The translations under genes were made by a program, and so were the position numbers. A stretch of DNA of 41,069 bases, taken from IMG/VR virus record IMGVR_UViG_2541047748_000013. One strand, written 5' to 3'. This DNA comes from a virus (taxonomy: Duplodnaviria > Heunggongvirae > Uroviricota > Caudoviricetes). The notes under the pieces are model-generated. The model was not told where the DNA came from. It was given only the letters and a program-made list of their open reading frames with translations, and searched no databases. Below are positions 8,441 through 17,525 of this stretch, one piece after another. Every line of letters begins with the position of its first letter. Positions within the stretch are counted from its first letter, which is position 1.

Positions 8441-8915
8441 TAACGAAGAAACTGAGTTCGAGGAAGTTGAGGAAGGGCTAAGTAACGAGATCATTCAACA
8501 CCCAGATGCCTTCACAAGAGTTCTTGATCGCCCTGAAATTCAGGAGATAGTTGTCGCTCACCATGCGTTTCAGGGTCCGCTTCCTCCCCCCTATCTGCTT
8601 CGCGGGTATCAGGATATTTTACCTGATGCCCCCGAACGCATCTTCCAGCTGACGGAGAAGGAGTTTGCTCACCGCCAGAAAATGGAGGAAAAGGCACTTG
8701 ACGGGGCTATTAATAGAGATAAACGTGGGCAGTGGTTTGGCCTGAGTGCAACTATTTTTACAGTAGCTTGTGCAACATTATTAGGTTTAACAGGTCATGA
8801 AGTTCTAGCTGGCACAGTGATCGGTACAGTTGTTGCAGTGGCTGGTATTTTCGTTCTTAGACAAAAACCAAGCATCAAGAAGAAATCTGAAGACAACAAA
8901 CCTGAAGAAAAGTAA
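8367..8915 (+). CDS. DUF2335-like membrane protein (moron operon gene 2)
   Basis: Acidic N-terminus, HHAFQGPLPPPYLL motif, two C-terminal hydrophobic helices; overlaps previous ORF, start uncertain (8367 or 8412). Confidence 0.5.
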   Translation: MQEENQKLKECPSTNMQKSIGQPSDNEETEFEEVEEGLSNEIIQHPDAFTRVLDRPEIQEIVVAHHAFQGPLPPPYLLRGYQDILPDAPERIFQLTEKEFAHRQKMEEKALDGAINRDKRGQWFGLSATIFTVACATLLGLTGHEVLAGTVIGTVVAVAGIFVLRQKPSIKKKSEDNKPEEK

Positions 8916-8936
8916 GCCCGCGCTGCGGGCTTTTTT
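8916..8936 (+). terminator. Intrinsic terminator after the moron operon
   Basis: GCCCGC gct GCGGGC followed by T6. Confidence 0.6.
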
Positions 8937-8967
8937 GTGGACGAAACAAAAGTCAGTGCTACACTCA

Positions 8968-8995
8968 TTGACGCCACATTGAGGTGGCTTATAGA
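8968..8995 (+). promoter_or_regulatory. Putative sigma70 promoter for the small secreted-peptide gene
   Basis: TTGACG, 16-bp spacer, TATAGA. Confidence 0.35.
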
Positions 8996-9008
8996 TGGAA
9001 ATGTCACA

Positions 9009-9170
9009 ATGAAAAAAGCATTTGCTGCACTGTTCGTTTTGTTGTCTCTGGTAGCTTCAACTCAGGCCTTTGCCGGTCGTTGTCAGCACGACAGCGATAC
9101 CGCCGCTGACGGCTCCCGCTGCGGTGGGCGTTCTGCGGATTCCCGCCCGGGCGGCGGTGGCATTCGTTAA
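9009..9170 (+). CDS. Small secreted Cys-containing peptide (53 aa precursor)
   Basis: Signal peptide MKKAFAALFVLLSLVASTQAFA; own promoter and flanking terminators; internal Met of listed ORF 8937-9170. Confidence 0.4.
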   Translation: MKKAFAALFVLLSLVASTQAFAGRCQHDSDTAADGSRCGGRSADSRPGGGGIR

Positions 9171-9192
9171 AAACAAGGCCGCGAAAGCGGCC
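9171..9192. terminator. Bidirectional intrinsic terminator between convergent genes
   Basis: GGCCGC gaaa GCGGCC with A-run upstream and T-rich tract downstream. Confidence 0.55.
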
Positions 9193-9193
9193 T

Positions 9194-9205
9194 GTGACAT
9201 GTCAC
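9194..9205. repeat. 12-bp perfect palindrome GTGACATGTCAC, copy 1 of 3; contains the TGA stop of the 9202-9498 gene
   Basis: Exact 12-mer also at 26777-26788 and 29042-29053, each next to a terminator hairpin. Confidence 0.6.
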
Positions 9206-9498
9206 GTTCCTTTTCTGAATGATAGCCGTTCGAAAAATGATGACATTCCACCGCAGACAATAGCAAAGATGATCCCACCAAAGAAGAGAAGGCCAGCCTG
9301 CCACCACTCCCACCGCCATACATCCACAGCACCAACCATACCAACAATCGCTCCAACAAATGGAATATAGCTCACGATGAAAGCAATGGGGGCTGCAATT
9401 ATCCAGTGCAATCCCCACCATGATTCAAGCCCAGCCATAATTGCTGCCAACTGAAAAAGGCCAACGACGATATAAACAATGAATCCTATCGCTTGCAT
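9202..9498 (-). CDS. Small integral membrane protein (3 TM), superinfection-exclusion-like position
   Basis: 98 aa, Trp-rich hydrophobic helices, directly downstream of the ejection-protein genes. Confidence 0.5.
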   Translation of the reverse strand: MQAIGFIVYIVVGLFQLAAIMAGLESWWGLHWIIAAPIAFIVSYIPFVGAIVGMVGAVDVWRWEWWQAGLLFFGGIIFAIVCGGMSSFFERLSFRKGT

Positions 9499-9510
9499 GT
9501 AGTCACCTAT

Positions 9511-9684
9511 TTACCCAGTAAAAATCAGAGGCCTCCCCTCAATAAGGCTTGCAACAAGAACTATTCCCTGCACAACAAAGATGAACCAGCAAATAGCTTG
9601 AGTCTGAGGGTTAAGAAAATATTTGTAGCGGTCAATAAATAACAACCCACCAGAAATTATCACACTCAAAATAATTAAAAACAC
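9511..9684 (-). CDS. Possible small hydrophobic protein (GTG start)
   Basis: 57-codon ORF not in the supplied track; AAGGAAG RBS 4-5 nt upstream of GTG; two hydrophobic segments. Confidence 0.3.
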   Translation of the reverse strand: MFLIILSVIISGGLLFIDRYKYFLNPQTQAICWFIFVVQGIVLVASLIEGRPLIFTG

Positions 9685-9693
9685 AACACTTCC

Positions 9694-12168
9694 TTATTGC
9701 GGAGTGACATCCTGAGGTCGCCACCAGTATGTCTGATTAAACTCTTTCTTCGAACGTTGCTCCATTTTACGCAAATAGCCTGGTGAAAAATACTCCTGCA
9801 TCTGGTTCAAGATCATATGATCGAGAGCCGCCTTTAAGTACCAGAGATTCGCACCTGGCATCAAACCTTTCCCCAGCTTCACCAGATCACCACCAGTCTG
9901 CTCACTCTTCCCTTCCACAGCATTTAACGGTATGCCCTGAGCAATCTTCACTACGTCATCAACCAGACCAGCTACCGGGCCAAGCATCGACGCCAGCGCG
10001 CCGCTTCCGTACCTAGTGTGATCTGACAATAAAAAGTCACCGTAAAGGCCAAGGCCACCACCTTTCAGTAGAGCACCAAGCCAGAATTTTGCGGCACCTT
10101 CTCCTGTCATCTCTCGAGGATTACGACCAGACGCAAGGTCGTTAAGTTGCTGCGACAAAGCGCCAAGAATGGTCGTACTGGCAATAAACGTCGCAATATA
10201 TGCCGCACGCCCACCAGCAGACGGCATACCCATAGCGCGTGACCAGTGACGCATAACAACCGAGATAGGGAACGATTTAAACAGGAAAACACTTCTCGTT
10301 AATTCACCTTTCCATGTTCCACGCTGAATACCAGAACCGGTTATCAGTTGCTCACGTGCTCCCGGTGTAATAACAGCCATATCAACTTCTTCAGTTACGG
10401 CACCGAGCAGTTTACGCATTGCCTCAAATTTCACTCGTTCAGGCTCACCAAGATGTTTAACTGCTGAATCAGGGATACGCATAATGCTTTCCGGTGTCAG
10501 CATCGTATTATTACCGTTCCCCCAGTCCTCCTGTTGCGCCAGCTTCCATACGCTCCAGTCTGTGTCAGTAATCCCTTTGCTTTTCAGGATACGAAAATCA
10601 GAGTCATCGAGGCTACGAAGGTCTGGTGTCCGTGACACTACTTCTCCCAGGCTTCCCATCATGGTTACGCCATAGGCGCGCTTGTGCGCATCTGACCATG
10701 CTGTAAGCCCACTGGCACGCATTACGGCCGTTGCCGCCCAACGAGACACTGACGGCCCCATATTATCCATCGCCCAGCGGTTAACGCTGCCAAGTAGAGA
10801 TTCCATCGCCAGACCAGCGCGGCGCGCCCGCGCAAGTTCTGTACGGTTCGTTGGGTCCATAGCTTCAAGCTGGTTGCGGAATAACTGGTTCATTGGAAGG
10901 TTGGTAACCTTCGCAGACAGATACATGGTTCCAAGATCAGAGAACGATGACAGCAACGCGGATCCGAGTCTGCTGGCAACCAGCCAGTTGCGGATATTGT
11001 CAGACCATCGCGCGATGTGCGGATTCGCTACAGGCTGTGTCTTTCCAGAAATAAAGTTGTACAGATTCTCTGTGTTGTTCGCCAGCCGCTCGACTTTACC
11101 GGTTTTACTCGGGTTAGCTGTTGCCGTTTCTGCCTTAACCTGATCAAGAAGGGAGCGGAAAACATGATCGGGGTTTGGGCCATATGTTTCCACCAGTGCA
11201 ATATCTTTACTGATACCTTCCAGGTGACCGACCATGATTTCCCATAGAGAGCGATCGCCATAAAGTTGCTGATATTGCAGATAGGAATCTGCATCTTTGA
11301 AATGTATCTGTCGTGATGCATTACCACGGTTAGCACGTGCGCCGGAAATTCGCATTCCGGTATCAGTAAGCTTATTCAGCCCACCAGTAGCGATCGTGTT
11401 ATAAGCCTCTCCAAGAAATGCAGACAACTCGGCATCGTTCATCAGTTGTCCATCGGCTCGGGTATAATATTTGCGATCCAGCTTACCTATAACATCGCTA
11501 ACCCATTTATCTTTTGATACCGCCCCAACCTTTTCCATAGAATGATGTTGAGGGATCCCCCAGTTTTCGAGATAGCCAATGTCCCCACCAGCATCATTAA
11601 ACCGGCGGCGGAGTAGATCTGTCACTTCTCTCCACGCCTTAGCACCTTTTCTTGCTTTAGCATTGCCAGTATTTTGCCCTCGCATTTCATATACCAGGTC
11701 ACGCACGCCCGCTTCATCTTCAAACAGGCCAAAAAAGCGAGGATCAACTGCTTCGAATGCCTCCTGCAATTGACTCAATGCATAATCACGAGTGGCTTTT
11801 GTTCTGGACTCAACAGAGAGGAAATTCGATTTACCGTCTGCATTAAAAGCAATAGTACGGTTAAGAGCGCCAAGTTTCCCATCAGCCCCTTGATAGCTAT
11901 TGATAAATTTATCCAATCTCTGACGTGCGGCTATAGTAAGAGCCACACGACGTTTCTTTAATGCCGCTTCTCGCTGTAATTCTTCAGATGCCAATTGTGC
12001 TGCACGATACAGCCGCTCTGACTCGGAAAGTTGTCGCCACGACATAGGGTCATCACGAGCAATGGAGCGCATATTGCGATAAATGCGGTCTTCAATGTTC
12101 TGTATTTCTCGCGCCGTTAACGTGCGCTGCGCCGCCTGCTGGACCGCTTGTATACATTCCTGTCTCAT
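9694..12168 (-). CDS. Internal virion / DNA-ejection protein (large)
   Basis: 824 aa, last of three large proteins following internal-virion-protein B-like gene, as in T7 gp15/gp16 block. Confidence 0.55.
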   Translation of the reverse strand: MRQECIQAVQQAAQRTLTAREIQNIEDRIYRNMRSIARDDPMSWRQLSESERLYRAAQLASEELQREAALKKRRVALTIAARQRLDKFINSYQGADGKLGALNRTIAFNADGKSNFLSVESRTKATRDYALSQLQEAFEAVDPRFFGLFEDEAGVRDLVYEMRGQNTGNAKARKGAKAWREVTDLLRRRFNDAGGDIGYLENWGIPQHHSMEKVGAVSKDKWVSDVIGKLDRKYYTRADGQLMNDAELSAFLGEAYNTIATGGLNKLTDTGMRISGARANRGNASRQIHFKDADSYLQYQQLYGDRSLWEIMVGHLEGISKDIALVETYGPNPDHVFRSLLDQVKAETATANPSKTGKVERLANNTENLYNFISGKTQPVANPHIARWSDNIRNWLVASRLGSALLSSFSDLGTMYLSAKVTNLPMNQLFRNQLEAMDPTNRTELARARRAGLAMESLLGSVNRWAMDNMGPSVSRWAATAVMRASGLTAWSDAHKRAYGVTMMGSLGEVVSRTPDLRSLDDSDFRILKSKGITDTDWSVWKLAQQEDWGNGNNTMLTPESIMRIPDSAVKHLGEPERVKFEAMRKLLGAVTEEVDMAVITPGAREQLITGSGIQRGTWKGELTRSVFLFKSFPISVVMRHWSRAMGMPSAGGRAAYIATFIASTTILGALSQQLNDLASGRNPREMTGEGAAKFWLGALLKGGGLGLYGDFLLSDHTRYGSGALASMLGPVAGLVDDVVKIAQGIPLNAVEGKSEQTGGDLVKLGKGLMPGANLWYLKAALDHMILNQMQEYFSPGYLRKMEQRSKKEFNQTYWWRPQDVTPQ

Positions 12169-12173
12169 TTAAT

Positions 12174-13976
12174 TTAACCTCTCAAGAAACACGCCACAGC
12201 GACATCAAACAGGCTGGAATCCTGTATTGCCTGCTCACTTTCCCTGTTCGTTTCATCCAGTACTTCACGCGCACTGCGCGATTGTGGATTACCATCATCA
12301 TCCAGCACGGTGATTATCATGTCAGGTGATTCAAGCAGCGAGTCTTCAGCTATGCGCAGATCAATATCTCCTGCCTGATCTGACATCATTTTTTGTTCTG
12401 TCTGTTGCAATATCTTACCGGGCTCAAAAGGAGCTACTTCGTCTGGCGTCCTGACCTCTGCTGTTTTATAGAATGAAACAGCCTGAGCATTAAGTTCACT
12501 TTCTGCCTGCTGTCGCCGTGCCAGTTCTGCTCGAGCTTCAAAAAACTGACCGCCAGGCTCATGCGGTGCCAACGCGTTACGGGAAAATTCCAAGCGTTCT
12601 TGTGCCTGCCGGATTCGTTGGTCAATATCGCGAAGTCTGGCCTGTTTATCTGATCGAGCACGAGATAAAGCCTTACCGCTACCGGTTGGCTCTTCTGCAA
12701 GAATTTGTGCGCGCTGTTCAGTGAGATTTTCAATAATTCGTTGGCTATTAGCGATTTCAGACTGGTAAACCTGTCTATCGCCACGCGGCAAAAGCTGCGC
12801 GGCCTGTTCTTCAAGCAACCGATTTTCTATAGCGCGCGCCGTTACTCCATCATCTACAGATGACAGAGCCTCATTAACTGCCTGAGACAGCAGACTCTTG
12901 CGCCCAGGAATTTCACTGAAAGATGCAGACTCAACAATGCTGGCAACGTCTACAGGTCTCCCCTGGCTAACATCAGACATGGCTTTTCGCAGAGCCTGAA
13001 TGTGCGAATTACGCGAAAGCACGTTGATCGGAACGCCGGGAGCAATATCAATTTCAGCATGATGAGCGGCATTCGCCGCCAGTGCAGCATCGATATCAAC
13101 TGGTGCAAAATTTGGTGCGCTTGTAGACTCGCCGCGAGAGTTCATAAATCTGCCGACACCACCAAACGCCACCCCAAGAACAGCATCAATAGCAATTGCC
13201 TGTCGATCCAACACATCATACTGGTTAGCCATTTCGCTATAGCCACCATCACGAAGCGTTTTTGCAGTAAGCCCACGCTGTGCCATACCGAACGCAATAT
13301 TTGTACCTGCGGCATAGGCAATATCTGGCGTTGCACGTACTGCTGTTGCTGCGGCGCGTCGCACTGAACTTTCACCCGTCCGCGCAAGCTGGGCCGCCAC
13401 ACCTTCCGCCAGCGCACCACCAGCACGTAACCCGAGGCTCATAGGGATCAGTGTTCCGGCACCAGCAGTAATACCCTGCACTAATCCCGCTTCCTGCGCC
13501 GTCCTGAAATCAACACCCTGAGCGGACAGGCGCTCAAATTCAGAGAATCCCTGAAGAGAGGTAACTGCGGCTGCGCCACCAATCGGCCCTGCTAATGCTG
13601 AACCGACAACAGCCTGTCCGCCCATATCGAACAACCCATAAAGAACCTGCCCGGCGGTTCCGGTTGTCGCGGCATCAGGCGTCAACCGCTTAACCTGCTG
13701 CTCTGCTAGTTTTCTCTGCTCGGCAATGTATGAAACTGAAGTATCATTGAACGAGGTGTTTTCGTTAACAAACTGAGCAATCGGGGATACGATTTTATCC
13801 ATTCCTGCCCATAGCAACTGGTCTGGCTTTGCCACCAGCCCGGAGTACAAACCAGACAATGCCGCTCCTACAGCATTGTCGAAAAAACCAACATCGCTGT
13901 TAAATCCCGCTGGATTTGATGCTGCTTCGTCAAGCTGCTGATTCTGGTTTACTGGATTAAGGCCAAAGTAACTCAT
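12174..13976 (-). CDS. Internal virion / ejection protein, Gly/Ala-rich
   Basis: 600 aa, G/A-rich N-terminal half, position in ejection block. Confidence 0.55.
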   Translation of the reverse strand: MSYFGLNPVNQNQQLDEAASNPAGFNSDVGFFDNAVGAALSGLYSGLVAKPDQLLWAGMDKIVSPIAQFVNENTSFNDTSVSYIAEQRKLAEQQVKRLTPDAATTGTAGQVLYGLFDMGGQAVVGSALAGPIGGAAAVTSLQGFSEFERLSAQGVDFRTAQEAGLVQGITAGAGTLIPMSLGLRAGGALAEGVAAQLARTGESSVRRAAATAVRATPDIAYAAGTNIAFGMAQRGLTAKTLRDGGYSEMANQYDVLDRQAIAIDAVLGVAFGGVGRFMNSRGESTSAPNFAPVDIDAALAANAAHHAEIDIAPGVPINVLSRNSHIQALRKAMSDVSQGRPVDVASIVESASFSEIPGRKSLLSQAVNEALSSVDDGVTARAIENRLLEEQAAQLLPRGDRQVYQSEIANSQRIIENLTEQRAQILAEEPTGSGKALSRARSDKQARLRDIDQRIRQAQERLEFSRNALAPHEPGGQFFEARAELARRQQAESELNAQAVSFYKTAEVRTPDEVAPFEPGKILQQTEQKMMSDQAGDIDLRIAEDSLLESPDMIITVLDDDGNPQSRSAREVLDETNRESEQAIQDSSLFDVAVACFLRG

Positions 13977-16486
13977 TGCGGAATATCTCCGGAGAATCTC
14001 TGACGCTTCTGTGTCAGATCAAGAACAACAGGAGAACCATCATCTTTCAGCAGATAACCAGTACCAAGTTTCACCAGATACTGACTATCGCCGTAACTTT
14101 GCAAACCATACTGACCAGGCGGTGTTTTTATCCCGGTGCCGACAACTTGTTCATTCCAAGCCTGATTAACCTGCTTATCGAATTGCTCTGCAGACATTCC
14201 CCACGGCAAAAGGACATTCCCCATTCCGTTATAGTCATGCACGCCACCTGTAGCTACGTTAACAGCCTGTTTCCAGATATCAGTGTCAATTTCACCTGAT
14301 ATCACGCCTTTTTTCGCCATCACACCAGCGTAATAGTCCTTTGCGATCTCGTATGCCATTGATGCCCCCTGAGCATCACCAGCAAATGCATCCTTCACCA
14401 TGTCAGAAAACTCAAGGCGAAGATCAGCATCTTTAGGCATCGGAATACCTTTCGCATCATCAGTACCTTTACGAGCCGCCGCGCCAGCAAGAATTGTCTG
14501 CGCAGCGGTTTCAGGAGACACGGAAACATCCGGATTAAACCAGTTTTTTTCTGCCAAAATACCACCAGGCTTGTCCATCAGTATCCCGGCAACGGCAGCA
14601 GATGGAGCGTTGGCACTGATCTGCTGTAGTGCTGACATATACACCTGCCCACCACCAGTGCTCTGCCTGATGGTATCGAGATATGCTGCCTGTTGGGAAA
14701 CTGGAGCATCACGAAAGAAAACACCGATCTGATTGGCCTCGTCTTTGGAAAAGAACGTCAGTGGAGTGCCATATGACTTAGCAAGGTCACTGACCTGAGC
14801 GGCACGCAAGGCAACGCTCTGTCCAAAGTTATCCTTATTGCTCATGTCGATAGGCTTTGTCTGTCCGGAGGCAAGAGAGAACTGCACAGGATCCGACTGC
14901 CGCTGCTTTATCACCTGATTTGCAGCCGAAACAACGTTGTCATAAAGAGCTGCGCGTGCCGCATACCCCTCCCCTGTTTCACCAGTATCCGGGCGTAATT
15001 GCTCAACATATGCTGTAATGCTGCTTGTCGGCATGTTGCGGAAAGAGCCTATATACTGTCCGGCGATCTGCGTATTCTTAAACTCGGTATATCGCAGGTT
15101 TCCTTCTCTGACTCCATAAGCTGCAATAAAATCATCCTCACCAGGTGGGTTAGGAAATTCAACGCCACGCATATACGCAGCCGTCGCATCGCGAACCCGG
15201 CTGTCGAGCATCGTTTTATATTCAGCCTGCTGTTGTCTGGCTAGTGCATCAGTCTGTCGCAACACGCTGGCCTGATCTGATTCACTTAAAGCATCGAACC
15301 AGGCTACACCGGTATAACGTTTATTTTTTGTCGGTAGCTGAGAAAGCCCCAGCGCAGCACTAACACCTGCAGTTAACTGCTGATCACTGTATGGCTGGCT
15401 ACCGTTTTCATGATGGATAATGGCTGCACAAAGCGCCTTCAGGGTATCAGGATTTGATGCATCGAGAGGCTCATCAGCAGAAACGCCAAGTTGTTCGCAC
15501 ACTGCTTTGATATACGACATAGTGTCATTTTTATCAGTAGGCGGTGCCCAGCGATTAATTATCTCGCTGACGGTATCAATACCCTGCCGCTGATACGACA
15601 TCAGGTTCCGCCCTAATGCACGAATACCGTGTTCAGGGGTTTCGAATTTGGCAAAGCGACCATCATCACCAGTCTGCCCAACCCACGGATTAGTTTTGCT
15701 GTATTCAAGATTGCCGGGGTTATTGTTGCGTATACCGCGGGTACGATCGGAAGAGCCACTATCTGCTACAGCACGGCGAGATCCAGCAGCAGTATCGCTT
15801 AACTCGCCGTTTTGCTGTCTTACCTGAAGATAGTTTGCTCCAATAGCATTTTGAGCAGTTGCTTTTGCTGTTGCTTCTTTAAACTCGATTTTCTTGGCCT
15901 GGATTTGCTCGTCACTCCAGCCATGTGCAATGCCGTAATCCTCAATTTGCTGGAAAGTTTGCTTATTAGCCAATACGTATGCGGCGTTGTCGCCATACAA
16001 TGCTGCGGCATTTTTACCATTGTTCAGCAGCGTAGCCTGAAACTGGCCTTCTTCGTAGGCATTTATTTGCCCTATCTCGTACCTCCCGGCCTGCGTAGTG
16101 AACTGAATGCGCTGCTGCTGCGCCTGCTGCATGAAAGCATTACGAGCCTGTTCATCCGGCAGCGACATAGCCAGTTGTTCGACCTGAGCATCAAACTGCT
16201 GCGTATACTCATGGCCTTTTCCAATAGCATTTTTCCCTTTCAGGTTAAGCAATCCTGTTTCAGGATTATTCAGCAGATCGCTGCTTATCTGACTGAGGTT
16301 AAGAGATGCCTCCTGAGCCAGAGCGATATTGGCACGCTGTTTTTCCTGACCAAAAACATCAATTGCCTCTGTCCCTGCCCGAACAAAAGCATTACCAATA
16401 CCTGGCTGAGAAAACGTCTGCAAGCCTGCTGACTGAACTCCACGACTTTGCACCTGGCGTCCGGATGTAGTAGGAACAACAGGCAT
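13973..16486 (-). CDS. Internal virion protein with putative peptidoglycan-hydrolase domain
   Basis: 837 aa; contains RNNNPGN motif region seen in virion-associated lysozyme domains. Confidence 0.55.
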   Translation of the reverse strand: MPVVPTTSGRQVQSRGVQSAGLQTFSQPGIGNAFVRAGTEAIDVFGQEKQRANIALAQEASLNLSQISSDLLNNPETGLLNLKGKNAIGKGHEYTQQFDAQVEQLAMSLPDEQARNAFMQQAQQQRIQFTTQAGRYEIGQINAYEEGQFQATLLNNGKNAAALYGDNAAYVLANKQTFQQIEDYGIAHGWSDEQIQAKKIEFKEATAKATAQNAIGANYLQVRQQNGELSDTAAGSRRAVADSGSSDRTRGIRNNNPGNLEYSKTNPWVGQTGDDGRFAKFETPEHGIRALGRNLMSYQRQGIDTVSEIINRWAPPTDKNDTMSYIKAVCEQLGVSADEPLDASNPDTLKALCAAIIHHENGSQPYSDQQLTAGVSAALGLSQLPTKNKRYTGVAWFDALSESDQASVLRQTDALARQQQAEYKTMLDSRVRDATAAYMRGVEFPNPPGEDDFIAAYGVREGNLRYTEFKNTQIAGQYIGSFRNMPTSSITAYVEQLRPDTGETGEGYAARAALYDNVVSAANQVIKQRQSDPVQFSLASGQTKPIDMSNKDNFGQSVALRAAQVSDLAKSYGTPLTFFSKDEANQIGVFFRDAPVSQQAAYLDTIRQSTGGGQVYMSALQQISANAPSAAVAGILMDKPGGILAEKNWFNPDVSVSPETAAQTILAGAAARKGTDDAKGIPMPKDADLRLEFSDMVKDAFAGDAQGASMAYEIAKDYYAGVMAKKGVISGEIDTDIWKQAVNVATGGVHDYNGMGNVLLPWGMSAEQFDKQVNQAWNEQVVGTGIKTPPGQYGLQSYGDSQYLVKLGTGYLLKDDGSPVVLDLTQKRQRFSGDIPQ

Positions 16487-17061
16487 CAGTAACCTCCTAT
16501 TTTGAATCGGGAGTCAGAATTCATAAAACCTGAGTTAGATAACATTGGCGTCCCACCACTAGATGTACTTCCTTTAGAGAACGGACTCCACGTCCCACCA
16601 AACATCTGGTACGCACCGTATGCCTTCAGAGGCGCAGTGAGCAATGTTGTTGCTGCTCCCACATTCCCCTGTTTACGGGCTGAACTGGCTTCTGCTTTAT
16701 AGTTGGCAGCCTGAACCTGATAACCGTAAGCCTCGCGTTGCGCGTTATTCACCGTCGTCAGCGAATCAAGAGCGCCAAACTGGGCAGTGTCGCCAAATAT
16801 ATCCAGCGCGTTACCTGTAGATAAATCAGCGCCGGTAGCCCCCATTGTCGCCGCCTGTGTACCAAGCCGCTGTCGGGTCTCTCTGCGTCGTTGCTCAGCT
16901 TCAGCGTTACCTCTGTTTATTGCATCATTTGCCTGAGCTGTGGCTATATCTGCGTTCGCTTCTGCAACCTTCGAGGCATACTTTCCCTGTTGGTACTGGG
17001 TGTATGCCTGAATGCCACTCATGGCGAGCATTGCGCCACCAGCAATAACCGGATCGCACAT
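16486..17061 (-). CDS. Internal virion protein B-like (T7 gp14-like)
   Basis: 191 aa, Ala/Gln-rich, N-terminus MC..A....SGIQA; size and position match. Confidence 0.5.
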   Translation of the reverse strand: MCDPVIAGGAMLAMSGIQAYTQYQQGKYASKVAEANADIATAQANDAINRGNAEAEQRRRETRQRLGTQAATMGATGADLSTGNALDIFGDTAQFGALDSLTTVNNAQREAYGYQVQAANYKAEASSARKQGNVGAATTLLTAPLKAYGAYQMFGGTWSPFSKGSTSSGGTPMLSNSGFMNSDSRFKIGGY

Positions 17062-17525
17062 TATTTTCTCTCCATGTGAAATCTGTGGAAATTAAGACCA
17101 AGAGCACCATAAGGCGCGGCTTCTTCAAGCCTGAATCCAAGCCAGTGCAGCCATGCTTTGGCAACATGGTTTCGCTCGTCGACGTAGTTTTCCAGGCGCG
17201 GATAAACTGCCAGCATCTGCTGCAATACAGGGCGGCAGTGGCGAAGAAATGTCTTCTGATATTTTTCAATACGGCTGGTTCCGACCAGCCAGGGCGTACC
17301 ATTGCCACCGATCATTGACGCCGGAGATACGCCAAACATGGTTACCAGTTCTCCGTTCGCAAATCCTGACCAGGCCATAGTCGCAGTACGCAGACCAACA
17401 CGCAGTGCATCTTCGGTAGTCATCAGTGATACCGCATACAATTCGTCAATATCAGCCTGACGAACATCCGGCAAAATCATCTGAAGATGCTCTTCGGTAG
17501 CGGGAATAATTTGAACGTAGATCAT
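17061..17525 (-). CDS. Internal virion protein A-like (T7 gp13-like)
   Basis: 154 aa, directly downstream of tail tubular B-like gene. Confidence 0.45.
   Translation of the reverse strand: MIYVQIIPATEEHLQMILPDVRQADIDELYAVSLMTTEDALRVGLRTATMAWSGFANGELVTMFGVSPASMIGGNGTPWLVGTSRIEKYQKTFLRHCRPVLQQMLAVYPRLENYVDERNHVAKAWLHWLGFRLEEAAPYGALGLNFHRFHMERK

Noticed and set aside
10682-11143. Plus-strand ORFs inside the large minus-strand virion genes (for example 10682-11143, 15812-16432, 19553-20257, 23928-24665)
   Set aside because: All are embedded antisense in long, contiguous structural genes with Ser/Arg/Cys-rich translations characteristic of shadow frames.
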